From: Catajapyx aquilonaris
Lineage: Eukaryota
Length of the DNA: 59,367 nt
Reading direction: 5' to 3'
Assembly: GCA_000934665.2 (NCBI GenBank)
Contig: KZ538605.1
Coordinates: forward strand, 1 to 59,367
In this document: positions 47,480 to 59,367 of the stretch, in pieces
How the letters are laid out: each line of letters opens with the position of its first letter
How positions within the stretch are numbered: the stretch's first letter is position 1
Made by a program: the position numbers and the translations under genes
The notes under the pieces: generated by a model
Database searches by the model: none
Told to the model about the DNA's origin: nothing
Seen by the model: only the letters and a program-made list of their open reading frames with translations

Positions 47480-49840
47480 TCACTTGCGCCATCTGCACAG
47501 AAAAATTAATAGTGACACCTCGTGGTATCTCCTAATAATGAACGAACTTGATTAAGTAATGCTTACATTTTCAAGATTTTGTCCTTTCCTCCACTGACTA
47601 CCCTCTGACCATCTGGAGCCCAATCGACTGCATAAACTTCATCTGCATGACCTGGGAGATCAAGTTCCAGTTTTTTTGCCTGGATATTCCAAACTTTGAG
47701 AGTGGAGTCAGCACTTCCCGAGACCAGCAGACGGGAATCTGAGGACCAACTTATTTGGTAGACTGCTTGGACATGCCCTCGCAATACACCAAGGAATCTG
47801 CAACAAGAAGCAAAGCATGTAATAGTTGCATTTTAAATTTCTTCCTAGTGGAAAGTGATGTGAGATTGAGTCATTCATCAATAGAGAAATGTGGTTCAAT
47901 TTTCAACTTACTTTCCAGTACGTCCGTCCCACAGTTTTACAGACTTGTCAAAGGAAGCTGAGGCAATAATTCGTGTATCGGGTGAAAATCTTACATCATT
48001 GATTAGCTGTTGATGGCCTGTCATCCTAGCTGAAAGAATAGCATGATTATGGGGTAATTCTGGATATAGGATATCTCTCTGGCAGACACGTTCTCAGGCT
48101 CAACAAAACTCATTAGTAGAAATTCTGGTTCACACAAAAAAAAGGACAGCTCACCAACAGATTTCCCATCTTTCTCTGGTGTCCACAAGAACAAGGTATA
48201 GTCATCTGAACCAGATACAAGTTGTTCCTCTCCAGATATATTTCGTGCCGTCTCATATCTGGCCTTTGCTTTCTTTTGCATTTCTTCTTCATTCAGATCA
48301 CCATGGCGATAAAACTGAGCTTCCGATGGTTCAAAGGCCCCCGTGCGCATCACATAATCAGTACTTAGGGCTAGAGTGTTAACCCAATGGGCATGACCCT
48401 GTAGTGTTCTCTGAAGGACACCCTGTAGAATTGAAGATGACAAAATGCACCAGGTGAGATGACCAAAAATATCAAATTCTTCCCAAGGTCACAAACAACT
48501 TGAAAAACAAAAGCGATACCTTGTCATTCCAAACTTTGACAGTCCTGTCCTGTGATCCAGTGTAAATGAGTCCTGTGCCACCCCATCTCAAGCACGAGAC
48601 TGACTGCAAATGTCCACTGAGTGTCACTAGAGTCTGTCCCAGCACCACATCCCACAACCGTACATCTCCATCTTTGGATGCACTTGCCAGCCGTCTGCAG
48701 CTGGGACTCAAATGCAGTGGCTCAAAGCTCAAGCAGGTGATCCATTTCTTGTGCCCCAGCAAGGGTCGCCCAGATTGGGTTCCAGTGTCAGGGTCCCAGA
48801 GCAGAATCTTTCCTGATTTGTCTCCCGAGGCCAGGCGACGACCATTTGGAGCCCAACATATGGCCAGGACCCAGGCATTGTGGCCTTTGCCCGTATGGAG
48901 AGGTGTCTCTGTCGAAAGGTCCCAGAAACGAACAGTTGTGTCTCCTGATCCACTGGCTAGCTGGCTGCCATCAGGACTGAATGATGCTGATATCACTGCC
49001 TCTGAATGTCCAGGTAGTGTACTGAAATGTATTCGTTATGATAATAAGTATCCAATAATAACTTATGGCTAGTTGCATGAATACAAATTAAGGAGAAAAT
49101 CTTATATGGGGATCTGATGTGCATGTACCAGTACTGTACTACACTGCTCAAAAAGGCAGACGACATTGAATTTCGTTTCAATGATAATTATTGTCTCAAC
49201 ATTTTTGAAAAATACAGTACGTAATCAGATGTTTTCTCTAATTTCCGTCTGTAAGTACTGAACCAAGTCAGTTTTCAGCAATGCACTTGCTTACCTGGTA
49301 CATCTGGTGACGGGCCTAACTTTAAATACAGCCTGTGGCTGATACACGATGTCCAACACTTTTTCAGAGTTGTGCTTGATTCCGTCCACTGCTTTTTCTA
49401 ACGTGCTGTTCACAATCCTGTCTTGCACGTAAAAAGCATATGGCACAGTCTCTTCCTACAAAAATCATTCATTATATAAACCATCACATATTGCACGTAA
49501 GCGTGACTCTCACCTTTTGTAAAAACGCATTGCAAATTACAGCAAGTTTGTCTACTGTCACATTCAGTGGCAGATCAAACGGGGCTCCACACACTTCCCC
49601 ACTCTCGGACTTAAATTGCGCCAAAACATGGGAAACACTCCCATCCACATCCATCGCTGTAGGCCTGGAAGCAAAAACATACCACTGCCATCACTTGCAT
49701 ATTATAACACCAACATAGCATTGGGTATGCCTAGCATTGTTATTAAACGACAAATGATTCCACCTAAGAAAATTAATCACTACTAAATTAAAACCGTAAT
49801 TAAAACCCTGAAATGAAACTCACGTGGACACAGCAGCCAT
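47480..49840 (-). CDS. NLE1: Notchless homolog 1 (WD40, ribosome biogenesis Rsa4), 486 aa
   Basis: Exons 49840-49824, 49664-49514, 49455-49295, 49021-48520, 48422-48155, 48029-47912, 47797-47567, 47492-47480. NLE domain, YQPQAVFKVRPVTRC, LASGSGDTTVRFWDLSTETP, LPGHADEVYAVDWAPDG, ending IWRK. Confidence 0.96.
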
Positions 49841-50010
49841 CTTTGAAACTACTTCTCTTTCATTACAAGTTGCCAGATCATTCAATCAGACGCCTTTAGC
49901 CTGGTACCCCTGCACAGAAATGGTTGAGCGACCTGTGACACTTGCATATAGGTCACCCTGTTTTCATTCTTTTTAGCAGTGCTTTTTAGAGGGCTGTAAA
50001 AAGGGGTAAG
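49841..50010. promoter_or_regulatory. Very compact divergent promoter, NLE1 / MED15
   Basis: 170 bp between ATGs. Both starts sit in AAGATGGC (YY1/TISU-like) contexts. Confidence 0.7.
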
Positions 50011-53000
50011 ATGGCGGCGGTGGACGACAACAACTCCTGGAGGACACCTTCCTTCAGACAAAGCGTCATCACCAAGATGTGAGTTGGATCAGGTTCCTAG
50101 GAGTTCAGGTGGTTCAGGATAGCATTTTCATTTGAGGGATGAAAAATGAGGTTTAGGAGTAAAGGTTGTTGGATGTCAGTGGTTTGGAACAATGCAGTGT
50201 AATGATAATATTACTGGGTCTAGATATCAGGTTTAAACTTATCTGGGGCATTCCGACAGATCATTCCCTCGTGATAGCCAACCTAATCATAAGGAAAGAC
50301 TGTAAAGGTATTGGTACATAATTAGGAGATTACTGTTCCAAGAATGTCCAGATAGCATGTGTCACTAGTGTCAGTATCACATGCTGGAAATGGTATACCG
50401 TGCCATTTATCACACACCTGCAATAAAGGGAACTAGGGTCAGTGAATTGAACTTGAGCTGACTGTATTTCTATAAGAGTGGCTCCTATCCCGCAAAGACC
50501 TGCTTAGTTTGGAAGGCTCCAGTCATAGCCTGATATTTGTAACCTTGCGGCTGAATCTCCCCTCTGCAAATCTTACGACCTGTTCACATGTGGCCACTTT
50601 AGTCGCACGCCACAGCAGCTGACCACTGCAGTTGCTTGGGCCAGTTCACACGTGGCCACTTAAGTCGCGCGCCACAGCCACAGCCTACTGTGGTAAACTG
50701 CCCTTTCCTCGTGGCATGAAAACAGCATCATCAAAATAGAATGTCCCATTTAAAAACCCCTATAACTCGAAAACTTGCAGACATATCTGAATGATTTAAG
50801 TTTTGAAGTACTAAGAAAGGTCTACAGTTTTGGTTTCAGGTCAGTTTTTTTTCGATGCGAGCTTCATTTATCGCTAGGCAGATTTAAAAGCCCTATTCGG
50901 TGTCGGGACAAACCCTATCAATCACATCTGCAGTTATTGTTGCAATCCTATCCCGTAGGTGCTGGGTATCTCTGATATTCACAGCACAGACATTGATCTT
51001 GATGATTCCAATGTAAAAAGTCACCTCATTCATGAAATAAACCTGCCGTAGAAATTTTTTATTTGTTCAGCTTCCCAGTGTGAGAAGTCTTGTATTAGAA
51101 ATTTCTCCATGCCTAGCCCTCCAGAAGCCCAGATTTTACCCCGATGGACTTTTTTGTGGAGATACATGTATGGTGACAAGATTACCATCATCACCCACAA
51201 GAAAAGATTTCAGCGGAAACGCCAGACATGCCTGAGCAGGTTAGGCAGGACATTGATTACCATATTTACATTTTTTGAGCGACAAATGGAGCTCATATCG
51301 AAACAAACTATGGTAAGACTAGAACTTGAGACATTTCTTAACATTTCAAAACTTAAATCATTAATGTATCTCTACAAGTTTTCGAGTTATAGTGTTTTAA
51401 AAATGGGACATTCTCTTTCGATGACCCTGTAGCGTGGACATATGACTGGGCCTGTGGGCCTGTTTGGGTGTGAGTGGCCTGTGGCTGTGGCTCCGTGTGA
51501 ATTCCCCAATGCAAACCAATGGTCCGCTACCGAGTGGTGCCTGGCCTTGAGCGCTTGTAGGAGCAAAGACGCTCGGGCTTGCCACTCAATTGAGAAACTT
51601 CCAAGCCACTCCGAGCCCACAGACGCCTACCCTCACCACTGCAGCAGCCACGTATGAATGCTCCCATTAAATCCTGTGTACAAGCAACTGTGGCCAGTTG
51701 CTGTGGCGAGTGTCTACCACTAAAAGTGGCCAAGTGTGAACCAGGCCTTACCATTGCTACACCCTACAGCCGGGCCTCTTTCTCGTAGCTGCTGCTACAC
51801 CTGAGAGAAGTTCCCTAATTGCATTCCAGCAGGATTCCATTCTGATACACATCTGCAGAAAAGCATTTGCTTATTGGAACTGGATGAAATGGTGATAAAA
51901 TTTTGAGCTCCATTTTTTCTCACGTATACAAAAATAGCACAGAAAATAAATACTGAAGTTATGCTAATTCTGCATCAGGTGGAACAAAAGTCAGCCCAGA
52001 TCCACATTGAACCTCTAAATTATTATATGCAATGCATGACAAATATCCGTCTTTTGGGCCACAAATCTTCTTTAAGTTATCAGGGTGGGTGGGCGATCTG
52101 AAGGTGGTGGGTGAGAGAAAGGTTGGGCAATATGTGTGACTCTGTTGGAGGATGGCACGTAACCTATGGATAGCAATGAGTTTGTCCCCTGGCACAATGC
52201 AACTCACATTTTTCCTCAAAATTAATGTCTTATTTGGGATTATTCTTTAGTGTAAGTTTGCAATACTATGATGCCTGCTGCATTTCACAGATAAATGTAA
52301 AGAGTGAACTAGCTCATTCAGAATAAGCCATTATGATAGGATTAAAGTTGAATTTATTGCATTTAGATATAATTACGTGTAGAATCATCATTTGAGCTTT
52401 AAATGCTTGCATTATTCAAACCTGTGTAATAAATGACTTCATTTCCATACTAATGTGACGTTTTCTTTTCAGAGATGAAGCAATACGCCAGGCTGGTACC
52501 CCAACCAGTAAAAACAGTGGGGAGATGGAAAATCATGTTTTCGTGAAGGCAAAAACCAAGGTAAAACACGTACCATTACCTTCATTTTTGAGATCATTCC
52601 ATAATCCTCAGAAGGTCTGGAAATATTAATTATACATTGTGCCGGTGTTACTTTTGTTTCCCTGTATGTGCTATGAAACTGCACGAGCCATAATCAGATA
52701 CATGAAATTGAAAGTGCCTGACTTTTAAATCCTCTGGGGCCACAAAAATGTTTCTTTCAGGAACATAGAATAGTTTTGACCATGTCTATTCCAGGAACAG
52801 TGTGGAATAAGAACTGTTAGATAGGGGAGCTGATAGTTTGACATGGAATAGGGCTGAATCATATGTGACGTTATTCAGTATTCCTACGAGCCTGTCTATA
52901 CTGCTGTACTTTCAAAAAATGACACATCTGCACATAGAGCTATGGTGAACTTTCTAGGTGGATTTCCTGGAAGCTCGACCTTACCACTATGTTCCGATGC

Positions 53001-56000
53001 ATTGTTTTTTGTAGTGTATGGCAGTGTAGGCAACTGATGGTCTGAGTACGTTTAGCCCACATTATAAATTTATAACCGAACTCCTCTTAACTGCTGTAAT
53101 CATGGACCAGTATAATTATTTCACTGCTTTAAAGTGTAACAGAGCACTTTTAGTGATGTGTTGAATGTTACTGCTGACATTTTCAGTATTTCCACATTGT
53201 GCCAGGGAATAACTTTGACTGTGTTTCTGAATGAGTCTGTTTATTGGTGGTCCTATTGCTCCCTATTACCGAAGTCCAGGAATAGCTTATTCTCCCTTGT
53301 CCCCTTAGCACAGAAGAGTGACAAGTTTCTGAATATGACCCCATGCATTCAAATCTAATTTTGCAATCAGATACACTGCATGAGTGGTACCCTGATTATA
53401 TTGGTGCACATGTGCTACCCTATGTAAAGGTTTATCTTTTGAAGAAGAGGGAAAAAAGTCTTTATGACCACATCCTATTGGCGGGAGGGGAGGGGGCATG
53501 AGAAATAGCTTGTCTCCTGTTCCCTCTATCTGTACAGTGTGAATGCATCCTTTTTCCTTTAGCTGACCTTGAAGAAGGATAAGGAAAGGGGACATTCTGC
53601 TCTAGAAGGTTGTCAGTGCATTAAGTCAGAAGAGTGTTGTGTAACTGACTTTAATTTTAAACATTCTTGAGAAGAGCATAATTCGGGTATGTGAAATGTG
53701 CAAGTAATAAGTCTGTGCCTCTCGTGTAACATCGCCTTTATTTTCTGAAATTACAATTAACTATAGCAAGCATTTGGAAAGCATACCTTTTACGCAGAAC
53801 TATCAAATAGTGTTGATGCAACTGTCAAGTGTGAGTGTGTTCAGGCTTCAATTGCGTGTATTCACATAAGGTAGTTGTGACATACAGATGGGCCATGGGT
53901 GACCCTGGATTTTAAATATAACTTGCTCTTAGCAATAGAGGGGATTACTTTGTATTCATGCGACCCTGGAATTTTTTCCCTATAGAAGTGCAATTTCTTG
54001 TGACAAGTAAAAAGAATCTCAATATACAAGTAGTAGCATCATGTACTGTATTGCTACAACTTTAGTCCATGCATTTGTAGATGAATGATGCACTCAAAGA
54101 GGGATGGAAAAGACACCAAAAAGTCAAGTTTGCTATGATGGGAGAATATCAGCTCTCTGATCAACATCTCAAGTTGGCTAATTTAATTATCACAATGTGA
54201 TTCTGCCATCACCCAGTCGTACAATTGAGCAAGACTCGAGTTAATTTCATAGAATTAAAATGGTATTTATTGCAGTGCAAAGTTGGTTTTTGGACCTCAT
54301 GTGGGATTGAACATCTTAACCAGGCTGATGTTTTAACTGTTAAGGTCACTCATTGTCATTACATGTAGATGCCACATTTCCACTGGCTGGATTATTTAAA
54401 CAGTATGTGTACTGCAAGCATTAGGAGAAGCCAGGTGACACTGCTGCAATTAAAAAAAAGCATGATGCAAGGCATTGTTGAAGTTTATGCAATACATCTA
54501 GCTATGTTTGACACAACTGGAGGATGTACATTTAATGGACAGTGGATGTGAAATATTCGTAAGTGCATATCCTTTGATGAATGTCAATTGAATTTTTCTT
54601 TCATAAATATAAAGGATGGTCATGGCTGTGTCTTCAAAGGATCTATTGAACTTATCCAAGTTTATCCGCAAACCAAGGTTTGCTCATGTTCTGAATTGTC
54701 ACCAACCTCATTATGAACCGAACAATTAATAGCACACAACACAAAGGCTGCCGATCCTGAGGTATCTCCTTGATTAGATTTTATTAAAATTCGTGAAGTT
54801 TTGAAATTTTGAAAATTGGAAGAAATAGGAGAAATCCTCCCATGAAGTGAGCCCATCAAAACCCTATTCGTAGCAGAAAATCCTCTGCCTGACTTAGGGA
54901 CATCCTCATGGTATGGCATGGCCCAAATCAGAAGTTTTAACACATTTAAAGTTGCAGACGATCATTTTGTTCTTTATAAACCATTGCAGTATTGCCATAT
55001 ACCGCACTACAGAATCTTGTGCCATAAAAAAACCAAGGCACTGAAGTATGGTTCCTTCTTTACATTTACATATAAACATTAGTCTAATTTAGCATGCAGA
55101 ACATACATAGGTGTACATGTGAAGATGTGACGTACAATGTCAGCACAAACATTTCCTTCAATTTTAATTGCATTATTTGCTGGAAAATCCTGCACTGTTG
55201 AAAACCCTTGACTTTTTTTTTTACAGTGCATGCACTCCTGACTTGGTATAGTGACACCTGTGTATTGCGGAATCGTACGGGACCTCAAAAATGGTCCATA
55301 ATCGATAGGTTTCCGTTACATTCAGATCAAGGACGTTACTGATATTTTTTTGCCAATGAGAGGGGGGGAGGAATGGGACAGCAAAAGTAAGCACCTCACC
55401 ACAATATGGTGAAAAATCAGTCCATACAGTAGCATTTTTGTTGAAGAGTGTTTTGCCTGGCTTACAGCACATATAAAACTGGCAGTTAGATGTGCTGTAC
55501 GCCAGTCAAAACACTGTTCGACAAAAATGCTACTGTATTCCAAGGAGTACATTTCCAACTGCAACGAAAAGCTGGCAGTTTCGTTGCAGTTGGAAATGTC
55601 CTTCTTGGAATAGCCCGAACAAACGCTTCCCACCTTCTTCCAATTTTTCACGACACCTGTATTACCACACACTGTTTTCCACGAAATTCTGTCCCTGTGC
55701 GGAAACTTTCCAGCCACTCATTTGAAGCACTAAATTTTGCCACACCAAGTTTTTGGTGTATTAATTTTGCCTGCTCTATTGGACCATTGGCCATGGCATG
55801 GGCAGTACGTTGAGCCTGTGTCAATCTGTTCCTCTTCCGTGACATTTTAAAAGTGGAGTGAGCAGTGCACTAAACTTGAAGGCAGGGCACCTATGAATCA
55901 CTAGTCAAAATAATCTTGGTCCTCCCACAACTCATCTTTCCATTTTCCAACCAAAATTAGTCCCTTTTCCTCACCTTTTATCTTCAAGGCCATGGGCCGG

Positions 56001-57152
56001 TAGCAATTCCAGCAATTATGAGACACAGTATGGAGTATGGTGTCGAATGATCCAAAAAGGGTTACTCAGAGGCCTCCTGGGAGGGCCAAGAGTGAACCTG
56101 GCTGTAATTTCTATTTTTGTGAATCGCAGGAGATAATGTGAACCTTTTGATTTCTGTTATGAACATAGATTTTCTCAGAAGGGAGCCAAAAATCCCTTCC
56201 GTTTCCGCATTGGGTAGGTTCCATAATATCCGTCACAAAACACATTGCATGCCCTATGCATACGCCCATTCCCAGAAAAATGTCCGAAATGGATAGGTTT
56301 CTGCTATACCCAGGGTCCGTAATGGGCAGGTTTCACTGTAATAGGATGCTACTTGCCTTCAGTCTCATCTCTTGGGAAGTTTCCAAGAGATGACTGGAAA
56401 GGAATCGTATGACACCTACAACCCTGATGCTTGGAAATGCTTCCATTACTAACTTGTCAAATATGTGCACTTGAGGTCTGGAGTCAAGTTTAATGATTTA
56501 TTTTTATTAGTGAACTGTTGTTACATTGGAAAACAATTTTTGCTAATACTGTATCTCTTTACATGAGAATTATGATATGATATGGCCTTATGAATCGTAG
56601 AATATTTACTGGACTAATAAAACGTCCATTTTTCATGTAACAACTTCACGGAACCCTTTGGGCACCCCAGGTTTCACTGGTGGAAGACTGTATAAAACTC
56701 TCTAGTGCTCCATATAGTCCATAATCGAGATTAAAATATAAGGAAGTTATTTTACTATGAACAGGTTTACACTTATTTCTGAGGATTGTGGAATATTCCA
56801 TGTTATGATTTTAAAGTGCATCATTGTGTCCAAAAAGTAAGCCCAAGCGTTCGATGTTGGAAATCACGTATATGCCTCTGAGTCATACTGGCATCCAGAC
56901 TAGCAGGTCCGTTGAATCTGTAAGCACTTCAGTTGAGTGACTATTATGCAGGTCTGTCTCAGGGAAAAACGTGGGATGCATTCTGACCTAATCTAACGCT
57001 AGGGACATCTATATAGGTAGGCCAACATCAAGGTCAGTACTGGAGTAACCACAATGTATTCATGTATGATAATTTTAATGCTATGTAAGGGAGGGGTCAT
57101 TTATTATTCTCATATTGAGGAATTTCTCATGTGGGAATAGCTTTGATGGGTG

Positions 57153-57230
<78 letters not shown>

Positions 57231-58199
57231 GCTATCCAGTTTCCTGTTGTACTTGTGACAACTATACCTAGCACATTTGTTTTACAAGATATACCGGCAG
57301 TAGCGGCTACAGTGTTTGTGTAAAGCGTGGAATAATGCAATGCCGGTGCCTCTAAGTTTCCAGTATTTACTCCTGGAGAATTATCCTAGCAATAACTCCA
57401 GTATCGATCATGTTTCGCAAACTTTTCAAACCAACTTTCCCATCTCATATCGTACCGGCATAACCCCCCGGATCAATTCCTGGACGCATCCCACATACCA
57501 AAATTTCTTGCCTAAAATTTGAATGCAAGTGTGTGTGTGGATGCAGGAGAGTCTGGTGCAGCTGGATACATGGGCCTCCCGAAATTGTTGGGTCGATAGA
57601 GCCTTAGCCCTCCCCTACCCCCCTCTCACCCCTTGCCCTCTCCCAAGCCTTGGAAATGTAGCACGTGCACCGCTTGCGGCTTTGTCCTCTCCCAGCCAGA
57701 TCTCGATTCGGCATCACTTTCCCAGCAGCCTCAGCTTTTTGCAAAACTATTTCATTATACGAAGAACTTCCCAGCCTGGAATGCGGCTATGGAGATACTT
57801 TTTGGATCACCCTGTACTGAAACATGTCGAGGGTGGCTGGGGGGGACGGGTCGAAAAAGGTCATAATGGTAAAAGGCGAGAGTGGCAAAGCTTGCTTCCT
57901 ATTGATTTCCGTTCATTCATGATCTGGTTTTGGCGGAGAGGACCCCCCCAAGATTTGGGGGAAAGAGCGTAAAAATGGCGGACGAAGTTCACGTGCCTGC
58001 CTCTCGGTCAAATTGGAATGGACATGCCCGGCGTCTTTTGATTACCCAGCATGTGGGAATATAAAGGAAAATTTGCATTTCATTTATTATGCGGCATTGT
58101 GGGCATAAAAATTAGCAACATATGATGCCTTTTTTTTCGAATTTCAGGAGGAGTACCTGGGGTACGTCGCACGGCTTATCCTGCACGTACGTGAAATGG
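50011..58199 (+). CDS. MED15: Mediator subunit 15, KIX-domain exons (partial, continues beyond window)
   Basis: Exons 50011-50078, 52473-52560, 58148-58199 give MAAVDDNNSWRTPSFRQSVITKIDEAIRQAG..EMENHVFVKAKTKEEYLGYVARLILHVREM. Confidence 0.9.
50576..51747. mobile_element. Harbinger-like element with a nested mariner-type MITE (about 50723-51429)
   Basis: Outer imperfect TIR ..TGTTCACATGTGGCCACTTTAGT / ACTAAAAGTGGCCAAGTGTGAACCAGGCC, TTA-flanked. Inner IR of about 140 bp AGAATGTCCCATTT..TATAACTCGAAAACTTG, ending ACCCTG-TA. Confidence 0.7.
55249..56338 (-). mobile_element. Decayed pogo/Tigger element in MED15 intron 2
   Basis: TA-flanked ends (CAGTGAAACCTG.. and degenerate TAGTGACACCTG..). Minus-strand CENP-B HTH fragment GPIEQAKLIHQKLGVAKFSASNEWLESF and YSKKDISNCNET (cf. 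IFNxDET). Confidence 0.8.
57154..57230. repeat. (TAT)n microsatellite
   Basis: About 25 perfect TAT units. Confidence 0.95.
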
Positions 58200-59367
58200 G
58201 TGAGTACAATCTTTTTGTGTCCCAATAAAAATATGTACCACAAAATATATATTCGATTGGTGTCGAAATTTTTCGGAGCGATAATCTCGTTTCGATCGTG
58301 GGGCGCAACGTGTGTTGGCATCGCGCATGTCGTGTGCAGGAGAAGGCGATTCGGTGGCGGGAAAAAGCCTGAGGGGCGCACACACACACACGGACAGTGA
58401 GAGCAGACGGAACCCGGGATTACGCAGCTTCATAGTTGGGGGGGTCTGACACGTCGAGGATGTACTACATGAGTCCGTGTAAGTACCGGCGCCGATGGCC
58501 CCTTTTTAACCAACCCGCAGGCTAAAATCAATAGGCGGAATCACCTCGGGTCGTATCTCGTGGGACGTTGTGTGGACATATGGATGGGGGACATGTATTG
58601 GGACTGTGGAGGTGAATTCGACCCCAAAGTATTCTGGCCATATGTTGGCGTTACTTCCTGGTTTACGTAACTGATGGATATCATAATCAAGGTTACCTGT
58701 TGCAGGTAAAAATTGAAAGCAAAATGACAAGCCATATCTAATTACGTATGTAGGTAATCTATTCCCATCAGTGGCCTTTGCGCTGTAATGAAAAGAGTGG
58801 GAGGAATGGCTGCGGGCTATCCTCCCACCAGGTCATCCATATTCACAAAGGTCATTCGATGCAAAAAACACAAATCCGCTCATTTCTATTCCGTGTGCTC
58901 ATGTTGCGCATGCAGTCACTTCAACGACCTACACATTTTGATGGACAACGGGGTATAAATTATCAAATCTGCTTATAAATCATATGGGATTTGACTGTCA
59001 TTCGAATTATTATTTGGGGGGGGGGNGGGGGGTGTGACACAGTCAAAAGTGGGCGAATATATTTGAATACAAGGTGCATGAGTCATTTTCATTCGGCGGA
59101 AAATGCTTGAGGAATTTATGAAGATTGGGGGGCGTGGCGGGCTTGAAAATGTCGAAGTTCGTGGGATGATGCTGCAGATGGCGCTTTTGGGACTGACGCG
59201 CCATCTGTCGCATGGTGGGGCCAAGTATTCGGTGGTCCGCTGCGTTTGACACGGATGGGGAGAAGAGCTTTAGTTATCCTTTCCATCTGCTACATCGACC
59301 ATGCAAACATGTGCTTTAATTAAAAGTGCACTCGGGGTCACACCCCTTTTTTTCGAACCCACCAATC

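Noticed and set aside
48566..49072. 168-aa plus-strand ORF
   Set aside because: Antisense to a conserved NLE1 exon.
57110..57340. Poly-Asn ORF
   Set aside because: It is the translation of the (TAT)n microsatellite.
1..59367. CRISPR array, operon or prokaryotic Argonaute defence system
   Set aside because: No repeat-spacer array is present. The Argonaute is a spliced eukaryotic PIWI and all neighbours are metazoan genes.

Overview
Gene-dense, intron-containing animal DNA, most likely an arthropod (EcKinase gene, Aubergine/Piwi-type Argonaute, TTAGG repeats). Spliced by eye from GT-AG junctions, it holds nine conserved or recognisable loci: a PIWI-clade Argonaute (about 891 aa, DEDH intact), an ecdysteroid-kinase-like gene, TMED2/p24, an orphan cluster of three small 2-TM proteins, neuferricin (CYB5D2), INO80E, RPAIN, a ZNRF3/RNF43-type PA-TM-RING E3 ligase, and the NLE1/MED15 pair, of which MED15 is only the first three exons. 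Eight genes form four head-to-head pairs. Introns and intergenic DNA carry many MITEs and DNA-transposon relics (Harbinger-, Tc1/mariner-, pogo- and hAT-type) and a tRNA-derived SINE; the piwi introns are especially loaded. The strongest leads are the orphan 2-TM family ending in [E/Q]TTPLL, a ZNRF3-like Wnt-receptor ligase in an apparent arthropod, three adjacent near-perfect palindromes in its first intron, and a basic 39-aa uORF ahead of INO80E. Exon boundaries are manual predictions and no database searches were run.
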